This document shows positions 11,779-24,960 of a stretch of 58,801 nt of DNA, piece after piece; the stretch's first letter is position 1; each line of letters opens with the position of its first letter. The translations under genes and the position numbers were made by a program. Source of the DNA: Octopus bimaculoides (Eukaryota); the NCBI RefSeq assembly GCF_001194135.2, contig NC_068982.1, positions 75,373,200-75,432,000 on the forward strand. The letters are read 5' to 3'. The notes beneath the pieces are model-generated. The model was not told the DNA's origin. It saw only the letters and a program-made list of their open reading frames with translations, and did no database searches.

Positions 11779-12654
11779 TTAAATTTCTCTTTTTGTTTTG
11801 TTTAATTGTATTTGTTTTGTTGTTATTGTGCCAGCAATTGTCAACCAATTGCTATTACTGCTACTACTCTATGAAAAGGCCTGTAAATGGATCATCAATG
11901 GATGCATTATTCAATTGCTGATTACTTGAAGTTCCTTGAACAAAGGTTGTTCTGGTGAAGATGTAATGTCTTGGTGAAGATGTAATGTCTTTGGGCAAAA
12001 ACAGTTATTTAACTTTAAACAAAAAAAGATCAGTAATACCTTGTAGCAATATTCAATTATCTGTTCATTTTTCTTTTTTTTTTCATTTTTTTAAAAATTC
12101 CTTTTAACCCTATCATATGGGCTAGGCCTGTTTTAAAGGCCACTCTATTTTCTTGAACAATTTTTCCATAGTGTTGTTTTTACTTCTTTTTCTTTTCTTT
12201 TAATTAAATTCTGTAAAATCTGAAAAAATCTTTAATTGTTCTGTATCATGATTTAATACATAAAAAAATATATATATTAAAAAAAATGAGCTAAAAATGC
12301 AAACATTACTTCCTCGTTTTTGTTTATGGTAATGAAAGGCCTTTTATTAAATTATATCCATCATCTCATCCTTTTTAAAAAAAATTTTAGCCAGGTAAAA
12401 GCAAAAAGGCTACACGTTTACATGAGACAAAACTAAATGCAATAGCAATATTTTGATTTGGTTTCTTTACAGCATTTTTGACTTTAAACCTTGTTTGGGT
12501 GAATTTGATTGTTCATGTGTTTGGCATCAATAAAATAAGTACCACTGATATTAGGATTAATCTTATATACGAATAATTCCTACCAATAATTGGTCAGCTG
12601 AAATGACAAATCCTTGTTGTAGTTATTAATGTTTAATACACTAGGCACCATCTA

Positions 12655-12870
12655 AGGCAGTGAGCTTGCAGAAATGCTAGCATGCCAGATAAAAATGCTT
12701 AACGGCATTTCATCCATCATTATGTTCTGAGTTCAAATTCCACTGAGGTTGACTTTGCCTTTCATCCCATTTGAGGGTTGATAAAATAGGTACCAGTTGA
12801 ACACTGGTATCGATGTAACTGACTCATGCCCTCCCTCGAACTTGCTGGCCTTATGCCAAAATTTGTAATC
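12655..12870 (+). mobile_element. tRNA-derived SINE (family C)
   Basis: ggcagtgagcttgcagaa head, gagttcaaattcc B-box-like motif; homologous to reverse copies at 17470 and 39675. Confidence 0.7.
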
Positions 12871-13881
12871 AATGTACTAGATACCATGGGTAGCATTGTA
12901 AGGCAAGAAATTAGCTGCTGATAAAAGATTGCAATCTGGTTTTAATTCTTAGCTTCTGCATATTTATTTCACTTACCACATGAACATCACACTTTACCAA
13001 ATTTCCCTTCCCCATTGTGCTGAGTCAAAAGAATGACTATTTTAGCAGTTCAGTGATTCCCAGGTGCGTGTTTGCAGTATTCAACTTTACATCTTTTAAT
13101 GTAATCATCCTGTAGCTGATTTCCATTCTATTAATTCCAACAGCATGGATAATATAAGTAACAATAATATACCAAGATCAGTTCAGTTGATTTTATTTGC
13201 TTCATATACAAATTTGGCCTCATCTTTTAGCGGTGTAATTCAGTGCCTTAGAGGAGAAATATAAGATCTTTGTAAATGAAGACTTATAATTTAATTTTCA
13301 TTCTCAGTTTTGTCATTTCATTTTCCTCTTGAACTAAGTAGTATTGTTAGAAATAGCATGAATATCATAACATCCCATTCCACTACTTCTAAACATATAA
13401 GGCTATTTTATTATACTTTGTGAAAAGAAAGCAATAGGTCAGCATTGTAGAAAAACTTCTTTTCTTAAAGTTTAACCCTATAAATTGGTTTTTAGTTGTC
13501 AATGGAAACCACTCCACTTTGCATATATTGATAATACTGCAATAAGGGCATACTCTGTGTGTGTTTGTGTGTGTGAAGGTCCATGGCTTAATTGTTAGGA
13601 TGTAGGACTCACAACCATAAGGACATCAATTCCCTTGGCCTTATTCTAATGTAAGAATAGGCCTTTCTTGTCAAAATATCACCTACTTTCATATGCAAAG
13701 TAACACCAGATCTTCTGACCAATTTTTCAAAATAATATGTAAGTGTATCTCTCATTGTAGAAAATTTCTAAAGTTTAAATCTTATTTTACTTTATGTGGA
13801 ATGAAAGTTTAAAGAATAAAACTCTTTTGTGTTATTTCAAATTCTCTGGATTTCTTCACATCGCATCTCTTTCTAAAACAT

Positions 13882-14099
13882 TTAATGATTTCTTCTCTGT
13901 CTTCTTTTAAAATCATTCTGTGTAAATTTTGGTAGACTTAGCCTGTCACCTAGTTTAACATCAGGACTTGGCATCCTAAGTGCCTTTAGCAGAATCCATT
14001 CTGTTACAAGTACTTGGAGCAGATCCCTGGTTTGATGATACATCTTCCATCTCTCCAGTCTTGGAGGTCCCATGAAGGTCATGCACAGTGCCTTCCCTC
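13882..14099 (-). CDS. candidate terminal exon of an unidentified minus-strand gene
   Basis: cacttctttttctctatgagtcag| acceptor; the phase-1 join from the 14863 donor lands in the long open frame (track ORF 13882-14082); no recognisable homology. Confidence 0.3.
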
Positions 14100-14233
14100 C
14101 TGACTCATAGAGAAAAAGAAGTGTTTTTTAAATGATGTATTTGAGTCTGTGTGTGTACATATATATATATATAGGTATAGATATATATGTATGTATATAT
14201 TGAGTGTGGAAGGATATATCATCCAGGCAGTTG

Positions 14234-14264
<31 letters not shown>

Positions 14265-14631
14265 TTAAGTTCCAGTTAACAGTGAACCATAGCGATCAGT
14301 ATCTAACGTCTGTGACTACATTTAGTTGTTAGTCACTCAGTGAATTCTTCTGATGGATAATTCTATGTTCTCTTTACTGGACAGTAAAAATTTGTCTGGC
14401 GTGTGCTCTTTATTATTATTAATTATATATATATTGCTGAAGTAGTTTGAAACTAATAACCTGGTGTAGAACTCAATATACTTATGCTTCAGAACGAAGC
14501 ATTAGTCGAGTACAGACATTTAATGAGACAAAGGAATAAACAATTACAAATTTCATTAGCTTACTGACCAACCACTTGTGTAATAACAAAAGAAGTAAAC
14601 CTCCATAGCATTAAACACGATTTTATTAAAT

Positions 14632-14700
<69 letters not shown>

Positions 14701-14862
14701 CACAGAGGCGTATATCTGTGGTTTTAAATCATTGGCCTGTTGCCCATGTAATCAAAGTCTGAAAATTGCTACAGCACAAAGGCTGTGCTCCTCCTGGGGA
14801 AGAAGCATTTCATGTTGCAGTTCCAGTCTGCTTTACTGACAGAAGATTATTTTCAGTCTTAC

Positions 14863-14947
14863 TTGGACTGGAGAGAAGGGAGCATCCTATTATAATAACA
14901 CTGGCTCCAATAAAAATAACAAACATGGACATCAGTAGAATATAATT
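14863..14947 (-). CDS. candidate exon encoding a transmembrane-like segment NYILLMSMFVIFIGASVIIIGCSLLSSP
   Basis: catataaacag|AAT acceptor, CCAA|gtaaga donor; read-through alternative ends SKTENNLLSVKQTGTAT* at 14810. Confidence 0.35.
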
Positions 14948-15539
14948 CTGTTTATATGTTCTCACATACATGTGTTTTTATATTTGTGTGTGTGTGTGTG
15001 TGTATACACAGCAGAAAACTGTATTGTTGACACTAAGAAAATATGTCAAATGTTATAATGTATAAAGAGTGATTGACAGTTGGTAGAGTATCTAACGAAA
15101 TGTGTTGCAGTGTGCAGTTATGTTCCCCTTCACATTTTTCAGTTGATCTAGACATTCACTTTGCATTTCATCCTTCTGAACTGGATAAAATACATATCTA
15201 CCATGTACTGGGATTGGTTCAGTCTACTGTGACATTGTGTAAAAATTAACATATTGATTTTCCTTTTTGGTGTAATTTTATCTTTGAATGGGAACAGGTA
15301 TGACTGTGTAGGTAAGAAGATTACTTCACAACTACATGGTTTCAGGTTCAATCCCACTGCACAATATCTTGAAGTGTCTTTTGCCATAGCCTTGAGGCAA
15401 CCAATGCCTTGTGAGTGAATTTGGTAGAGGGAAATTGTGTGGAACCCTGTTGCATATGTATCTATGTATGTATGTGCATGTTTGTTTCCCTCATTCTTTG
15501 ACCTCAGGTTTGTTGGTTTGTTTATGGCCCTGAAAAAGG

Positions 15540-16030
15540 ATGTAAACACTCATACAGCCAAAACATAGTCAGCCCTAAACAGACTGGATATTCTCTGGAA
15601 ATCAACCCTGTCAGATAACCTTAAGAGGAATTTTTTTCTGTGCAACAATAGAGTCAATCTTTTTATATGGAGCAACAGCCTGGATATTAACCAAAACACT
15701 GTAATCCAAGTTAGATGGAACTTACACCTGAATATTAAGAACAGTCTTAAAAATATCTTGGAGAATTCATCCTGCTACGAAACAGCAGTTTGGAGATCTG
15801 CCTGCTTCCAACATCACAAGGAGAAGGTACTTACATTTTGCAGAACATTGCTGGCAAGCTGTACAAGAGTTGACTAAGTGACCTACTGCTATGGATGCCA
15901 AAGCATGGCTGTACTCAAGATGGCCATCTGAACATGATGTATGTAGATCAACTCACCAGAGACACTAGATGCTTCCTTGAAGACCTCTCTCAACTAATGC
16001 AGGACCGAGATGGATGGTATGTGCAAGCTC
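15540..16030 (+). mobile_element. decayed LINE (RTE-like) 3' fragment
   Basis: frameshifted remnants such as LWKSTLSDNLKRNFF, HFAEHCW, LLLWMPKHG, YVDQLTRDT, typical of non-LTR RT C-termini. Confidence 0.55.
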
Positions 16031-16623
16031 AACCAAATGATGATGGAGCATAGCAGTTTTGTAAAAAGAGATTGATAGAAGAACCTCTGCCAAAGAAATA
16101 CGGACCTCAGAATGATGTCCAGATAAGTTTTTCTGTCTTTTCAACCTTGTTCATACCCTTCTATTTATGTTCTTTCACTATTCTATCTATTTCATTACCA
16201 TGTCGTCAAATTCATTCAGTTATTCAAGTTTATCACACAGTCACTTATTTCTATAATTCTGTCTTAGATTAGCTGACCGAAAACTCTCAGATTTTTCAAT
16301 TCTATATTACTATTATCAACATTTGCTGTCTCGTTAAATTATGCTACATAAATCCTAAAAGAATCTCTCTCTCTCTCCCTCTTTCGATTACCTCTCGCTT
16401 CGCCTGGACTATAAACNNNNNNNNNNNNNNNNNNNNNNNNNNNNNNNNNNNNNNNNNNNNNNNNNNNNNNNNNNNNNNNNNNNNNNNNNNNNNNNNNNNN
16501 NNNNNNNNNNNNNNNNNNNNNNNNNNNNNNNNNNNNNNNNNNNNNNNNNNNNNNNNNNNNNNNNNNNNNNNNNNNNNNNNNNNNNNNNNNNNNNNNNNNN
16601 NNNNNNNNNNNNNNNNNNNNNNN

Positions 16624-16720
16624 AAAAGTTCCTATCCCTCCACCAGTACCGGAAGTTCTTATCCCCTCCACCTGTACCAGAAGTTCCTATCCTCTCCACC
16701 AGTATCGGAAGTTCCTATCT
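16624..16720. repeat. ~28-bp minisatellite (aagttcctatccctccaccagtaccgg), ~3.5 visible units next to a gap
   Basis: direct reading. Confidence 0.8.
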
Positions 16721-17469
16721 TCTCCCATCCTTGGGCTGTCTCCCATGAACACTTCTAAAGGCTTCACGCCACCCCCACCCCTACTTAGGGTTTATCTCCT
16801 CCGATGTAAGGTAGTGATCATATAATGCAAAAATATGATAGTGTAGTGTATGTAGGTTGAATTGAAGGCTACTGCTTGTTTATGAATTCTGCCAAATGCG
16901 AACTTTCTTTTCAGGTACATGAAGCTGCTGTTCCCCGTCCCAGGGTATCATACCTCCCACACCCTCAGGGTTGGCACTCTCAACGTCAGCACACTGAAAG
17001 GTAGGTCTGGTGAGATTGTTGAGATGCTTGAATGGCGATGTGTCGATATCTGCTACCTCCAAGAAGTAAGGTGGAGAGGAGGTTCCTCACAGGCAAAGAA
17101 CACAGGTACAAGATTTTCTGGGCAGGGAACACAGATGGGGTCGAGGGCGTGGGTATACTTCTTGTGGAGAAATGGATAATGTAATTGAGGTAGTCAGAGT
17201 ATGCGATAGAATACTTAGGATTAGATTAGTCCTTCATCATGGGTTAGCAACCATTATCTTGGCCTATGCCCCTGAGCCAGGGCTACCTGATGGACAGAAA
17301 GACCGATTTCATGACACCCTCTTGCAGACTACCTTGTTGAGGAATGACAGGGACCTTCTTTTTGTGACTGGTGACTTCAATGGACATGTTGGACAACATA
17401 CAGGGGGCTTACATGGAGGCTATGATTTTGGTTCCTGCAATGAGGAGGGAACCAGGCTGCTGGAGTTCT

Positions 17470-17694
17470 TATTTCTTTATTGCCCACAAGGGGCTAAACA
17501 TAGAGGGAACAAACAAGGACAGACGAACGGATTAAGGCAATTACATCAACCCCAGTGCGTAACTGGTACTTAATTTATCGACCCCGAAAGGATGAAAGGC
17601 AAAGTCAACCTCGGCGGAATTTGAACTCAGAACGTAACGGCAGATGAAATACTGCTAAGCATTTCGAACGGCATGCTAACGATCCTGCCAGCTT
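17470..17694 (-). mobile_element. family C SINE nested in the RTE endonuclease region
   Basis: interrupts RLLEF|CDANDL; target duplication gctggagttct (17459-17469) / gctgaagttct (17695-17705). Confidence 0.85.
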
Positions 17695-20210
17695 GCTGAA
17701 GTTCTGCGATGCAAATGACCTTATGGTTTGCAATACTAACTTCAGGAAACCTGCCAGTCACCTACTGTTCTGGCAGACACACTAGACAAATTGACTACAT
17801 CCTCGCCAGGAAAAGATGTCTGCTTATAAATGCCAAAACCTTCCCAGGCGAAGAATGTACCCCACAACATAGACTAGTAGTTAGTGACTTCAGGATCAGG
17901 GCTAAGTGGTTGCCCAGAAGATGACCAGCATGGAGGAGAAGGGTCTGGAAGTTTAAAGATCCTGCAAATGGACAGAGATTTAGAGACGTATTACTCGAAG
18001 TCTTTGACGAAATAGAAGGGGATATAGCTTCACACGATGCAGAAAGACAACTGGAGGTTTCTACAGGACAACCTGCTGAGGGCCACTGACAAGATCTGTG
18101 GAACAATGTTGTTGACAGGGCTATTAGACAAAAAAAACAGGCTTGGAAGAACGGTGGTAGCAGGGAATTGTATCAGACTGCCAGAAGGGAAGCTAGGAGA
18201 CAGGTTTATTTAGCCAAAGGGGAAGCAGATGAGAAAAAATTTGCCAATGTTCTGTGCCGTGAGGACCAAAGACTTGAGGTATTTCGTGTTGCAAGACCGT
18301 GTGTGAGAGAGAATCGTGATGTCGTAGGACATGTGTCCGCATGGATGATGGTTCACTTGCACTAAACGAGGATGCAAAGAGAGAGGTTTGGAAATGCCAC
18401 TATGAAAGGTTGCTCAATAAAGAGAATGAATGGGAAAAAGAGAGTCTGCTGAATGTCGACCGAACAGAGGGACCAGCTATCCGAGTTGACAGTACCATGG
18501 CAGATAAAGTAATTAAGAGTGTGAAGACAGGGAAAGCCCCCAGCCCATCAGGAATCACTGCAGAGATGCTCAAAGTTTCTGGCAATGTCGGCTATAGCTT
18601 AGTCACCCGTATAGTTAACCAGGTGATACACGAAGGAGTCATACCCAATAACTGGTGTAGCAGCACCATAGTCAACTGCTAAAAAGGTAAAGGTGATGCT
18701 TTAGATACAAATAATTATAGAGGTATTAAGTTGTTGGATCAGGTAATGAAAGTCACGGAGAGGGTCATAGCCCAACTAATTAGGGAGAGAGTCAGTTTGG
18801 GTTCGTGCCAGGGAAAAACACCACTGATGCTATATTTCTGGTAAGACAGCTGCAGGAGAAATACCTAACCAAAGATAAACCTGGCTTTTGTTGACATGGA
18901 GAAAGCCTTTGACAGGATCCCCCGTTCCCTTATCTGGTATTCAATGAGGAAACTAGGGANNNNNNNNNNNNNNNNNNNNNNNNNNNNNNNNNNNNNNNNN
19001 NNNNNNNNNNNNNNNNNNNNNNNNNNNNNNNNNNNNNNNNNNNNNNNNNNNNNNNNNNNNNNNNNNNNNNNNNNNNNNNNNNNNNNNNNNNNNNNNNNNN
19101 NNNNNNNNNNNNNNNNNNNNNNNNNNNNNNNNNNNNNNNNNAGAGGTAGGGGTCCACCAAAGTTCAGTCCTCAGCCCCCTCCTATTTATCATAGTCCTCC
19201 AGGCAATAACACAGGAATTCAAGACAGGATGCCCCTGGGAGCTCCTCTATGCTGATGACCTTGCGCTAATTGCTGAGTCACTATCAGAACTAGAGAAGTT
19301 TCAGGTGTGGAAGCAAGGTCTAGAATTGAAGTGCCTTAGAGTCAACCTAGCTAAAACCAAAGTCCTCATAAGTAGGAAGGTAGACAAACCACAAACCCCT
19401 TCAGGTAGAAACTCTATAAGATGTACCTAGTGCAAGTTATGGACACATAAGAGGTGCAGCAATATCAAAGGAAGGCTAACTGGGAAGATAGTTTTTGTAT
19501 GTGGCAGATGTTCAGGAGCAATAAACACTGAAAATGTGCAGAAAACAACTTCTGTCACATTCCAGGGAGAAAAACTAGAAGTAGTTGATAGCTTCCATTA
19601 TCTAGGGGACCAAGTTAGTAGCGGAGGACGGTGTACTGAAAGTGTAGCTGCTAGAATAAGAATAGCCTAGGCAAAGTTCAGAGAGCTATTACCTCTGCTG
19701 GTGACAAAGGGCCTCTCGCTCAGAGTAAAAGGCAGACTGNNNNNNNNNNTGACAAAGGGCCTCTCGCTCAGAGTAAAAGGCAGACTGTATGACACATGTG
19801 TACAAACAGCCATGCTACATGGCAGTGAAACATGGGCTGTGACTGCTAAGGACATACGTAAGCTCGCAAGGAATGATGCCAGTATGTTCCGATGAATGTG
19901 TAATGTCAGTGTGCATCCTCAACAGAGTGTAAGTACCTTGAGAGAAAAGTTGGACTTAAGAAGCATCAGTTGTGGTGTGCAAGAGAGACGATTGTACTGG
20001 TATAGTCATGTGCCGAGAATGGATGAGGATAGCTGTGTGAAAAAGTGCCACACCATAGCGGTTGAGAGAACCTGTGGAAGAGGTAGACCCAGGAAGACCT
20101 GGGATGAGGTGGTGAAGCACGACCTTCGAACATTAGGCCTCACCAAGGCAATGACTTGTGACCGAGACCTTTGGAAATATGCAGTGCGTGAGAAAACCCG
20201 GCAAATCTAG

Positions 20211-20590
20211 TGTGACCATAATCCAAGGCCTCTGCCAGGAGTGTAGCTAGCCCACTTATGCGTACTTTTCCTTCATTGGACACTAAACTCTGCTTGCGAA
20301 GACCTGTTGAGGCAAATGAAATCGAAATTGAACCAAATTCGAAGACCTGGCAAGCCAAGTGAGACCATAATCCGAGGCCTCTGCCAGGGGTATAGCTAGC
20401 CCACTTATGCATACCTTTCCTTCATTGGACACTAAACTCTGCTTGCGAAGACCTGTTGAGGCAAATGAAATCGAAATCAAACCAAATTCGACCACTGGCA
20501 CCCCCTTCATTGGACACTAAACTCGGCTTGCGAAGACCTGTTGGGGCAAGTGAAATCGAAATCGTGATTGAACCAAATTCGATGACTGCC
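20211..20590 (+). repeat. ~149-bp tandem units (2 full + 1 partial) in the RTE 3' UTR
   Basis: ccttcattggacactaaactc(t/g)gcttgcgaagacctgttg occurs three times. Confidence 0.85.
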
Positions 20591-22980
20591 ACCTGTGCTA
20601 GTGGAGCGCTAAGAGCACCGTCTAAGCGTGATCATTGCCTGAGCAGCTGTCTGGCTTCTGTGCCAGTGGCATGTAAATAGCACCATTTGAGTGTGATCAT
20701 TACCAACGTCGCCTTACTGGCACATGAAAAAACATTCTAGCGAGGTCGTTGCCAGTACCTCCTGACTGGCCCTCGTGCCGGTGGCACGTAAAAGCACCCA
20801 CTACACTCTCAGAGTGGTTGGCATTAGGAAGGGCATCCAGCTGTAGAAACTGTGCCAGATCGGATTGGAGCCTGGTGCAGCCATCTAGTTCGCCAGTCCT
20901 CAGTCAAATCGTCCAACCCATGCTAGCATGGAAGGCGGACGTTAAATGATGATGATGATGATGATATGAACATGAAATTTTGATGGAAGGTTCTTAGATC
21001 ACTTTAAAACAAGTAGTTTGTATCATAGAACCAGGAGGAATCTTAGACAGGCTGGTATGAAAAGGGTTAAAGAAGGTCTTTCAAAATGCGTAGATTTATT
21101 TTTTCAAACAAACAAATTAGGGAAAAGTTGTAACTGACATCTTGGTAACAAATATGAACTATGTGTTTCAGTGTTTTAAATTAATTGCACAGAACAAGAA
21201 ATGAATTAGGAGACATATGAAGGGAGATAACTAGGTATCCTTGAATAAATAAAAGATGAAGACTGGAGATAAAATGCTATTCAGTCAGCAGCCTTAACTG
21301 CTGTATATTGGATTTAAGTCAGGTTTTTGTGTTTAAGCCTATGATTCATGCCAATCAAATAACAGTGCCTGGTAATTTTTGATCAGTTTGAGCAACCATT
21401 TAGCCCTAACTTAAAACTACGACACTCAAAACCAATGAGGGTGTTTCTATTCAGTTGCTTGATCTGCTAGAAATAGCAAAATTTCTCTCAAATTATAGCC
21501 TATCATCTTAAAAAAGGGAAGGACACATTAGATAATATAGTCTTAGATTAGTTTGAAAACGATGAAATGGTCACAGCTACATTTGAACATACTAGTTCTA
21601 CATTCTTAACTGAAATAAAAAGTGTACTTGAACAGTAATATAGTAACAAAAGGGTTTAAATACTTAGAATTGCATTTAATGACCAATATCATGGAACTAT
21701 TGTAGAATGAAAAAAAAAAGACAGCCAAGTCTCTACAGAGAAGTGGGTGAAAAAATGTGAGTCACTGAATTCAGTTTTCTACAATAAATGGTGAGTGTTG
21801 TCCTTTTTTTTTTTTTGCTGTTATGTACTTTTGTTTGGTATTTATTAGTTTTCTTGGAATTATTTCTCTCTCTCCAGAATTCAGAAAATATTCCAATAGC
21901 AAATAGCTCATAGCTTTTAATGAAGTAGATGCCAAATCTCCTTCTCTCTAAGTTAGTGGAATGATAATTTCTCAGATTGCTGACATGAATCTTCCATTCC
22001 TCTGTCATCCATGGCATTTGTAAGCTCTTGGAAAGTGCATTTAGTGCTTTTTAGCAAATTGATTGATGTAGTGTTTTATTGATCTGCCACTTTCCTTTTT
22101 ACCATGAGAAGGTTTTGAGAAAGTATCACAGAACTTCTGCCAGTAATTGAAGTTCTATCTCTCTGTAGATAATCTCCAAATAACAGGCTACTTACCTGAT
22201 GAGAAACAGCTATTCACTTATATTATCATAATCCTGATATTGTTCTACTGGATTTTCTTCGTACTTCATTGGTGGAACTAATGTAATAGGCTAGTCACTT
22301 ACCTTATAATTTGATGAAGAGGACATAATTCTGTTAATTAAACAAAAACTCTTAAATGTTAGGATGGACAAGAGTCTATATTTCTCTGTGAGTGTATATA
22401 TCAACATCATTTAACATACATTCTCCACGCTGGCATGGATTAACTGGAACTGGTAAGGCCAGGGGGCCACATCCGGCTCCATTGTCTATTCTGGCATGGT
22501 TCCTATGACTAGATGCCTTTTATGTGGCACTAATATCAATTCTGCTGTGGTGGATGGGTCTTCTTGAGACTGTCAGATATCTGTCCTTTATACATGTGCA
22601 TGACAGGATCCTATAGTCTTCTTCTACCATTTTTATTCACAAAGCATTGGTCATCTCAAGATTGTTGTAGACAACAGTTGGCCCTGGTGCCATGCTGCAG
22701 GAATGAACTTGAAGTCAACTGGTAGCGAAGTGCATTTCTGTGGTTAAGAAATTCATTTTGCAACTAGTTGGTTTTGGGTTCATTCTTTCAGCGTGGTGCT
22801 ATAGGCAACTGTTGTCTATAACAGTCTCAATATGACTAGTTCCTTATGAATGAAAATGATAGAAGGAAATGTCTGAAAATCTATAGTGTGTGTGTGTGTG
22901 TATAGATAGATAGATAGATAGATATTTCCGCATCCAATTCATTCTAACATGGAATATAGGTGTAAAATGTTGATGTGATT

Positions 22981-23410
22981 ATCATCATCATCATTTAACG
23001 TCCGCTTTCCATGCTGGCATGGGTTGGACGATTTGACTGAGGACTGGTGAACCAGATGGCTACACCACGTTCCAATCTGATTTGGCAGAGTTTCTACAGC
23101 TGGATGCCCTTCCTAATGCTAACCACTCCGAGAGTGTAGTGGGTGCTCTTACGTGCCACTGGCACGAGGGCCAGTCAGGAGGTACTGGCAACAGCCACGC
23201 TCGAAATGGTGTATTTTATGTGCCACCTGCACAGGAGCCAGTCCAGCGGGACTGGCAACGAACTTGCTCGAATGTCTTTTCACGTGCCAGGAAGGCGACG
23301 TTGGTAATGGTCACACTCAAATGGTGCTATTTATGTGCCACCGGCATGAAAGCCAGACAGCTGGTGCTCTGGCAACAATCACGCTCGGACGGTGCTCTTA
23401 GTGATTTACT
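22981..23410 (-). mobile_element. family A repeat (RTE-3'-end-like SINE or truncated LINE) with ~60-bp internal tandem units
   Basis: (cat)n-ttaacgtccgctttccatgctggcatgggttggacg matches the reverse complement of 20790-20965; related copies near 11150, 30700, 42215, 44555, 46110, 51440, 53510, 56300, 56570, 58621. Confidence 0.85.
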
Positions 23411-24479
23411 GGTACTGGTATGATCATTATCATTGTAATTCTATGTCCACTTTCCAAGCAAACATGGCCCAAGCCAGTCCTTATTCAAACAACACGAAGG
23501 ACATTGTTTTTTTTTCTGCTTTACATCATAATCTCTGTTCATTTAAAGTGATTCTATTTGAGAGAGAGAGAGAGTATGAGAGTGATGGGAGGTGAAAACT
23601 CTAAGATGACAGGTTATAAGTTGATTGCATACTTGGCTAGTACTTTGTTTTATTAACCTTGAAAGGATGAAAGACAAAGCTGATCCTCACAGGATTTGAA
23701 CTTAGAATGTAGAGAGCTGGAACAATCCACCACCTGAATCATCATCATCATTTTATGTTCACTTTCCATGCTGGCATGGGTTAGATCCATTCTAATTTTT
23801 CAGACTAAGCAAAAGCCTCAAACAAAAGATTAGTGGTTCTTGAATGATGTCATGTAGATTTATTAAAGTATAATTTAAGGTTTTAGAAAATTTCTACTAA
23901 TACTAGAGTCTTGATAAAACATGTCATTCATAAGTTTCTTAAACTCAAGCAGAATTAATGATTTCTAATACTGGCATAAGGTCAGAAATTTAAGGAGGGA
24001 ACAGTTGATTTCTATTGACCAAAGTACTTTGCTAGCACTTGATTTTTCATCCTTTTGAAGTTAATAAAATAAGTCAACTTTGGCAAGATTCGAACTCAGA
24101 ATGTAAAGAACTTTAGCTAAATACCTCTAACATGTTTGCCATGAACTGTCTTTTACTCAAGTATGATTAACAAAATGGAGGAAGCAATATTTTTCATGTT
24201 AAAACAGTATTTTAACTTTACATGCAAAGTATACCAATAATTTTTTTTAATTGTTCAATGCAGTACAAAGTCAAAAATGATTAAGAACCACTGCATTAGA
24301 TAAGACACTTGCTATCTTCACTTCAATCTTTATGCCTGTCTTCACATATAGCTATGAATGTTGGACTGGCAGAAAGAATATGGTCAGAAATACATGCAAC
24401 CAAAATGGGGTTACTTCATAGGATATCTGGAGTAATGTTATTCAACAGTGTGCATAGGTTTTTTATGGCCAGGTTCTAA

Positions 24480-24960
24480 CCTAGGCGGCAGCAACAAAGT
24501 CGACCTGCCACATCTCTCAGTCCAACTTCACTGCCTCAAGATCCTGGATACATTCCAGGCCAGTGTCTGCAATCATGTTGTTGATGTAAATGTAACGATG
24601 TTTTCCTCTTCTTAAATAACCATGAAGTGGGTTCCACAAGACTAATTTGGATGCTTCCACTTCAGAGTGGCGCATGCAGAACAGATAGTTGCAGTTGTCT
24701 TTGCTTGATCTTCTCACTAACTTTCGGCAGATCTCCATAAAGGCATTCATTTGTCATATGTTGTTGCATAGCTTGGAGATCAGGGAGTCTCTCCTGGTCA
24801 AGCCACTACTTCTCTGCATATTGAGAGTTATAACTTTGATACTATGGACATGTGATTAGAATGTTGCAGGAAAGGATTTCAATATAACTTCATCAAGCTG
24901 AGCCAAATGGCAAGAGTCCTAGGGGTAGATTAAGAACGTGATGGTTGGTATAATATCTAT
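24480..24960 (-). mobile_element. decayed LINE 3' fragment
   Basis: track ORF 24517-24750 ASKLVLWNPLHG..RRG..YINNMIADTG resembles the C-terminus of the 15540-16030 fragment. Confidence 0.5.

Larger units (their letters stand above)
16340..20965 (+). mobile_element. near-full-length decayed RTE-clade LINE (APE endonuclease + RT + 3' UTR ending in (GAT)n)
   Basis: LRVGTLNVSTLKG..DICYLQEVRWRG, GDFNGHVG, QIDYIL, EECTPQHRLVVSDF (endonuclease); KAPSPSGITAEML, AFVDMEKAFDRIPR, LLYADDL (RT); GRGRPRKTW; many stops and frameshifts, three N gaps; 5' boundary approximate. Confidence 0.9.

Noticed and set aside
19702-19787. 38-bp direct duplication around a 10-N gap in the RTE RT region
   Set aside because: Identical sequence on both sides of a minimal gap is the usual contig-overlap artefact.
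20300-20330. CTGTTGA-GGCAAAT-GAAA in the RTE 3' tandem units as a hammerhead
   Set aside because: No closable stem II, stem III or stem I.
22148-22282. Plus-strand hydrophobic ORF (..QLFTYIIIILILFYWIFFVLHWWN*)
   Set aside because: Short, no start codon or convincing splice context; expected by chance in T-rich DNA.
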